Assembly: GCF_011745625.1 (NCBI RefSeq)
Contig: NW_027191479.1
Location: 1 to 64,000, forward strand
Length of the DNA: 64,000 bases
Direction of reading: 5' to 3'
Origin: Cladosporium halotolerans
Lineage: Eukaryota
Positions within the stretch are counted from its first letter, which is position 1. The number at the start of each line of letters is the position of its first letter. Below, one piece after another: positions 59,014-64,000 of the stretch. The position numbers and the translations under genes were made by a program. Below the pieces are notes generated by a model. The model made no database searches and was not told the origin of the DNA. It saw only the letters and a list, made by a program, of their open reading frames with translations.

Positions 59014-62000
59014 TTGTAAGGACAGGCACGCTCAGAGACCCGTCCACCACATTTTGTTTTTTCACATTGATCTGCTGCGTTCAAGCGACTTTTGCTTTTT
59101 TTTCTAATTTGCTTTCTTCGACATAGCGGCGGGCGTCACCAATCACCAACCATGCATTGTTTCTTGTTTTTTTCATCACAGCCGAGCTGGGAAATGCTCT
59201 ACTACGGATAGCGATAGCATCCTCGGGAAATTGGGAAATCGGGAACATCAGGGAGCAGAACCAACAGGCGCATTACCTTTTCATTTTTCGGTCCATTCAT
59301 CAATCAGCAGACTGGGGGGAAGGTCGCAGGCAGAGAGTTGTTTTCCCTACCTTATTGGGAACAAGAAAATTTTCTTCTTTTCTCCCGCTTTTTTTTTCTA
59401 TGATACCAGCATCGGCAGACTCTTTCCGCGAAAGCGAAATCGAAATCGGAATCCAATGGCACATGAATACTACCTACTTACCTTACCAATTCCTACCCCT
59501 ACCACTGACGTTTCCCGACTTCTCCCGCTTACTCACGGCCCTTTTCCTTCTATTTTGGCCCGAACCGAACTTGTCAGCAGCGCGCTACCTACCTGCGCTC
59601 GAGCCAGCTGCTCCATCGCAGCGGTTTGAGACGAGACTACGAACGGGCCTGTCCGAGATGACACCGAGATCACGGACTAGCTAGGCAATGGAATGGGGAT
59701 GGGGATGGGTGCCCAACGACTAGAGAGCGGATTGTGTGTGACATTGCGCTATTGCGAGGTGTTTAATTGGGATGGAGACGTTGTTGGGCTCTGATGTTCT
59801 GGGCTCGAGGGGTGGAGGCTGGGAGTGGAGAGTGGGTTTGGATGAAGGGGACGATTGGGGTTGAGTGATGGGTTGGGAGTTTGTGATTTGTGAATGTGGA
59901 TTGTATATATTGGTGGTTGCTATGGCGCGTGGTTTTCGGCGGTATTGGTGATGCCTTGGAGTAGCGGTGGAAGTATCACATGTCGGACAGGCTCTTGCGG
60001 TCTTCTGAAGGAGTGCACGGCGTAAAGTCAATTTTCGTCGCCTAAGGCTCCAATATGACTGATGTGCGCTGCTTCTACAATGAATTGACGTCTGTTGGCT
60101 TGAACAATTGCGCTCGTCTCATGGTCGTCGCGCAATGGACTGACATCAGGCGTCAACTTCAGCAAGACGGCCACAATCACATGCAACACCCATGCGTAAG
60201 AGGCGCTCAACGGCACCTCACTGCTCCCTCCAATATCATATCACATTACCAAGTCATTGAAACCAATAACACAATAGACAGTGAACCAGCTCACATGCAA
60301 CCGCCTTCCCGCCTGTCACAAGCCTCCACGTCCCATCCTCACAATCTTCACATGAACATCAAATCTCAACACAAACCAAGCAAGGCATGCACGCACGCAG
60401 TCAGGCAGCAGCAGTAGAGACAGGGCAGGGATACCTACGTTCCAGACCGCCACTCTCACCTCTGCGCACAAGGGAGGACGACGACGAGTCATCCGCCTCA
60501 ATTTCAACAGCGCAAGAAACCACCCGCCCGCACACCCGCTGCGCTGGCCTGGCCTTGCATCGCGCATGTATGCATGTGCAAGTACGTACCCCAATCTGCA
60601 TGTACGTATCATCGCGTTTCCGACCCATGTCCACGGCGCTTCCGACCAGCGCGCGCTCGACGTACAGTGTACTTTACTGTACATCCTGTACTCCTTGCGG
60701 CTGCCCGCCCGGCCGGCAGGAGAAGCCTGGCAGTCATGACATGTGCATTCGGTGGCAGCTGGCAGGCCGCATTGCATTGCATATGCGGACTGCAAGCCAA
60801 ATTTGGGCCTCGTGGACGGCTGGTGATGTATTCATGTCATGTACGAGGTACGCGCGGGAAGGTACTTCCTTTTTTTTGCTGTGCAGACGTGACCTCTGAG
60901 CGGTGACGGGCGGGCGTGACGACCGTTTCAATATTCTGCTTTTCGTCGTCGCGCTCGAATGACTACCTTACTGCTGCCGGCGTGCTGGTCATTTCGAGCG
61001 CACAGCACCACGTGCTCTCCGCGAACGCGCTGTCGTCGCATTTTACCTTTCCTGCTACGCTGACCGCCTCGAGCACGCGAAGAGGGGTAGATCAGAAAAC
61101 ACTCTCTCGTGCTCCATCTTTTCATCCCTCCTTGTCATCCCCAACGATCCACGCTCACAATCACACGTCCACGCGAGGAGCGAAAGCGCGAGCGAGCACA
61201 GATCAATCGATCGCATCGCATCTCGCGCGAACCACGCCCTCGGCATGTTCCTGGCCTGGCATCCTCCGTCAGGCGCGTCACCAAAGCACGCTCTCTCATC
61301 CCAAAAAGCCAAATCCAAGTACCCAAAGCCTAACCGGCGCTGTCTCCTCGCCCTGTGCCCTACGTATTTCTCCGCGCCCGGGGTGAGAGGGCGCCTACGC
61401 TTCCCAGATGGGAATGTATCGCCGCCCCCTCGCCTCCCTCCCTCCACTTCCGTGGCGCTTCTCCTCGTGGTCTGGAAAAAGACTATCTGCGCTTCTGCCA
61501 CCATCACCACCAGTACAACCGACGTAAGTACCTACCCGGCACGCCTGGCCACGTGCGCAAAAGGCTTTGCTCCGCCGGCGAGCGCGGAACGTGCCTTTTC
61601 GCGCCTACGTAGTCTTTCAATAATTTTTTTCCCGGCTCCTTGTTCGAGGGAAAAGAGCGGGCACGGCTTCGACGTTGGGAGCGCGCTAGTTGATTGCTCG
61701 CTCGCCGCTTCGCTCGGGAGCTGGCCGAGGGGCGGGCGACGCACGTCATGAGGATTTGGGCTTAACGGGCCTTTTCCTTCCTGCGAGGGCGGTTTGCTGG
61801 TTTGGGATGGGAGGAGGTATTGGTTCTGTCATGTGAAGTATGACGCATGCTTGAGGTCTGGATTTGTGTCTCTTATGGGTTTCGAGGCTGCAGGGGGAGT
61901 GGGTTTTGAGATGTGGTATTTGGTAAAACGTCGATGATTGTTATGCGTGCCTCAGGCACAAGCTGGTGATGTACAGCCACAGCTGTGGCGTCTTGATTAT

Positions 62001-62302
62001 GACGACGGCAGGTGGAGGGATGAGTCGAAGTTCGTGACTTCATGTCTGTCTGTTATGTGAGGTTTGTGCGTGGTGGATTGATTGATTGCCAGGCGTGAGT
62101 GTAGCAAGTGTATTGTATTAATAAATTGCGTTGCTTTTGTGTCGTTCGTACAGCGTGTTTGCTCGATTCCCGGTCAAAATCGCGGCAGAGCGCATTCCGC
62201 ATCGCAGGCGGCGTTTGGTTCACGACCGCATCGCATTCCAAGATTTTCTCGAGCGAGCGAAATCTGAACCCAGACAAAAGATCTCGGAAGACCTTTCTGA
62301 GC

Positions 62303-64000
62303 ATGGCAGAGAGCTTGACGCCGACCACGCCCGGCGGCCAATCGAAACCGCAAAAGAAACAAGTGTGTCGGTTTTTCACGAGCAAGGGTGCGTCCACGTT
62401 CACATCGAATTCAGGATAGTCCGAAGGTGTAGAATATCTACTACAAAGTAGGCCCCAATGCTAAACTATTTTTAATAGGCTGCCGGGCAGGAGATGCTTG
62501 CCCCTACGCCCATCCATCCGGAGCGGACAAGCCAGTTGTCCAACCAAAGCCAGCTCGACAAGCCAATAAGGAGACCGCAAACACGCCGACAAATCAGCAA
62601 AGAAGGCAGTATCATCCACCGCCAGTTGACAGTTCGAAGGTGGTTCGACCACGACCGCAAGTTGAGGATCCGCGAGCTTTCCAAGTTGGGCAAATCCAGA
62701 GGCGATTCAAGCCAGTGGTATCCGAGAACGACGATGGGAACACTTACGCATTCAAGATGTCACCATCGGACCCCGACTTTCCGTACGATATCGAAGCGCT
62801 GGAGTGCGAGCTGGTTGTGCCGAAGAGCTTTCCCAAGGGATCCAAAGCCTTTCTCCGAGTCTTGAACAAGGACATTCCTCGTGGGTTCCAGATCAACATC
62901 GAAAGAGGTTTTGACCTTGTTCGTGATGATGCTCCGGATGCCACACTACTTGGTCTGTTGAACAGGCTCGACAAGCGATTGGAGTCAATTCTTGCGGGTG
63001 AGATGGCGGAGACTATCAAATTGGTAGTTCACCGGAACGCTCCTTCATCAGCTACCGAAACTCAGGCAGCTCCTGTAGTCCAAACACCTCCGCCCTCGCC
63101 ACCCAGAGCCATATCAAAGCCTGTTCTACCAGTATTCACGTCTCAGCAAAAGGATGAAGCCAAGTCAAAGCGTCAAACAAACACCAGACAGCTGGAGGCA
63201 AGACTAGGCCGGCTGAGCTCCTTCGCCAAATCCCCCGATGGCTTTTCCTACACAATTCCACTCGACTCGCCGAAACGATCCACATGGCCACCAGAATTAC
63301 AACCCCTCCGGTCATTCACTCTGCTACTCCCTGAAATCTACCCGCTGGAACCCTCGACCATCATGCTTGACAGCGATAGTCCTTCCGCTAGGAATGTTGA
63401 AGAGGCATTCAAAGCACGGTCTGCCGCTGGCACTGACGCCACGCTCATGCAACAAGTCAACTATCTGGCTCTACACATCAAAGATATGGCGATAGCTCCT
63501 GTTGTGAATGAGAAGCCCGAACCATCTGTCGCTCATAAGATCTCCCCACCTCAAGCGATTTCTGCAATCGACCATGCTACCCCACAAACTCAGGCACCAG
63601 CAGCACCGCAGCCGTCTGACACACTGGATGATCGAAGTCATATCAAGATCATACCAAGGCCTCCTGAGTGGGACGTCAGCGGACCTGGCAGCGACAGCGA
63701 TTCATCAGACGAAGACGATTACTCGTACGACTCCGGCGACGAGACCGAAGATTCCGCGCCACCTGATGAAGTCAGCCAACCCACCGGAGCTCCAGTCGAG
63801 AAAGGCGTTCTCCTCTCATTCCCTCAACTCGAACTCCACTCCATCGAGCTCATGGAGCTGACCACCCTCAACTTGACCATCAAGTGCGAGCGGTGCAAAG
63901 ACACAATGGACGTTGAGCGTCTACGTAACAACGTCACTGGGGAAGCTTCTAACATGCGCGATGAAAGCTGCAAGAAGTGTGCGAATGGTCTGGCGATAGG
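62303..64000 (+). CDS. CCCH zinc finger / RWD-like / probable CHY zinc-finger protein, 5' part (runs off the window end)
   Basis: ATG 62303 and intron 62388-62478 give CRFFTSKGCRAGDACPYAH (CCCH). Then DPRAFQVGQIQRRF, PSDPDFPYDIEALECELVVP, NKDIPRGFQINIERGFD, and terminal IKCERCK..CKKC. No stop before 64000, so it is absent from the ORF track. Confidence 0.85.

Overview
Eukaryotic DNA from a filamentous ascomycete (Pezizomycotina, probably a Dothideomycete; inferred from short GT..CTRAC..YAG introns and gene content). About 19 well-supported protein-coding genes. The first ~10 kb looks accessory (MFS transporter, secreted alpha/beta hydrolase, 3'-5' exonuclease). It is followed by mostly core genes: TAPT1/EMP65, RING-H2 protein, old yellow enzyme, HET-domain protein, Kch, MET22/HAL2, PHO84-like transporter, a SesA/HeLo-like orphan, KAP123, SNF2 helicase, GH5 exo-glucanase, KRS1, HP1, CCT5, Mks1-like protein and a CCCH/CHY zinc-finger gene that runs off the end. 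The best signals are non-coding and invisible to the ORF track. (1) A U6 snRNA gene (minus strand, 7349-7140) is split by two spliceosomal introns, which also appear to carry its Pol III A- and B-box promoter elements. (2) A dual-guide box C/D snoRNA sits inside the 200-nt KAP123 intron. (3) CACGTG boxes are multiplied by local duplication in the PHO84 promoter. (4) Repeated C/A-to-G/T skew-inversion islands occur independently of gene orientation. All calls come from reading the sequence and from recalled family knowledge; no searches or folding programs were run.
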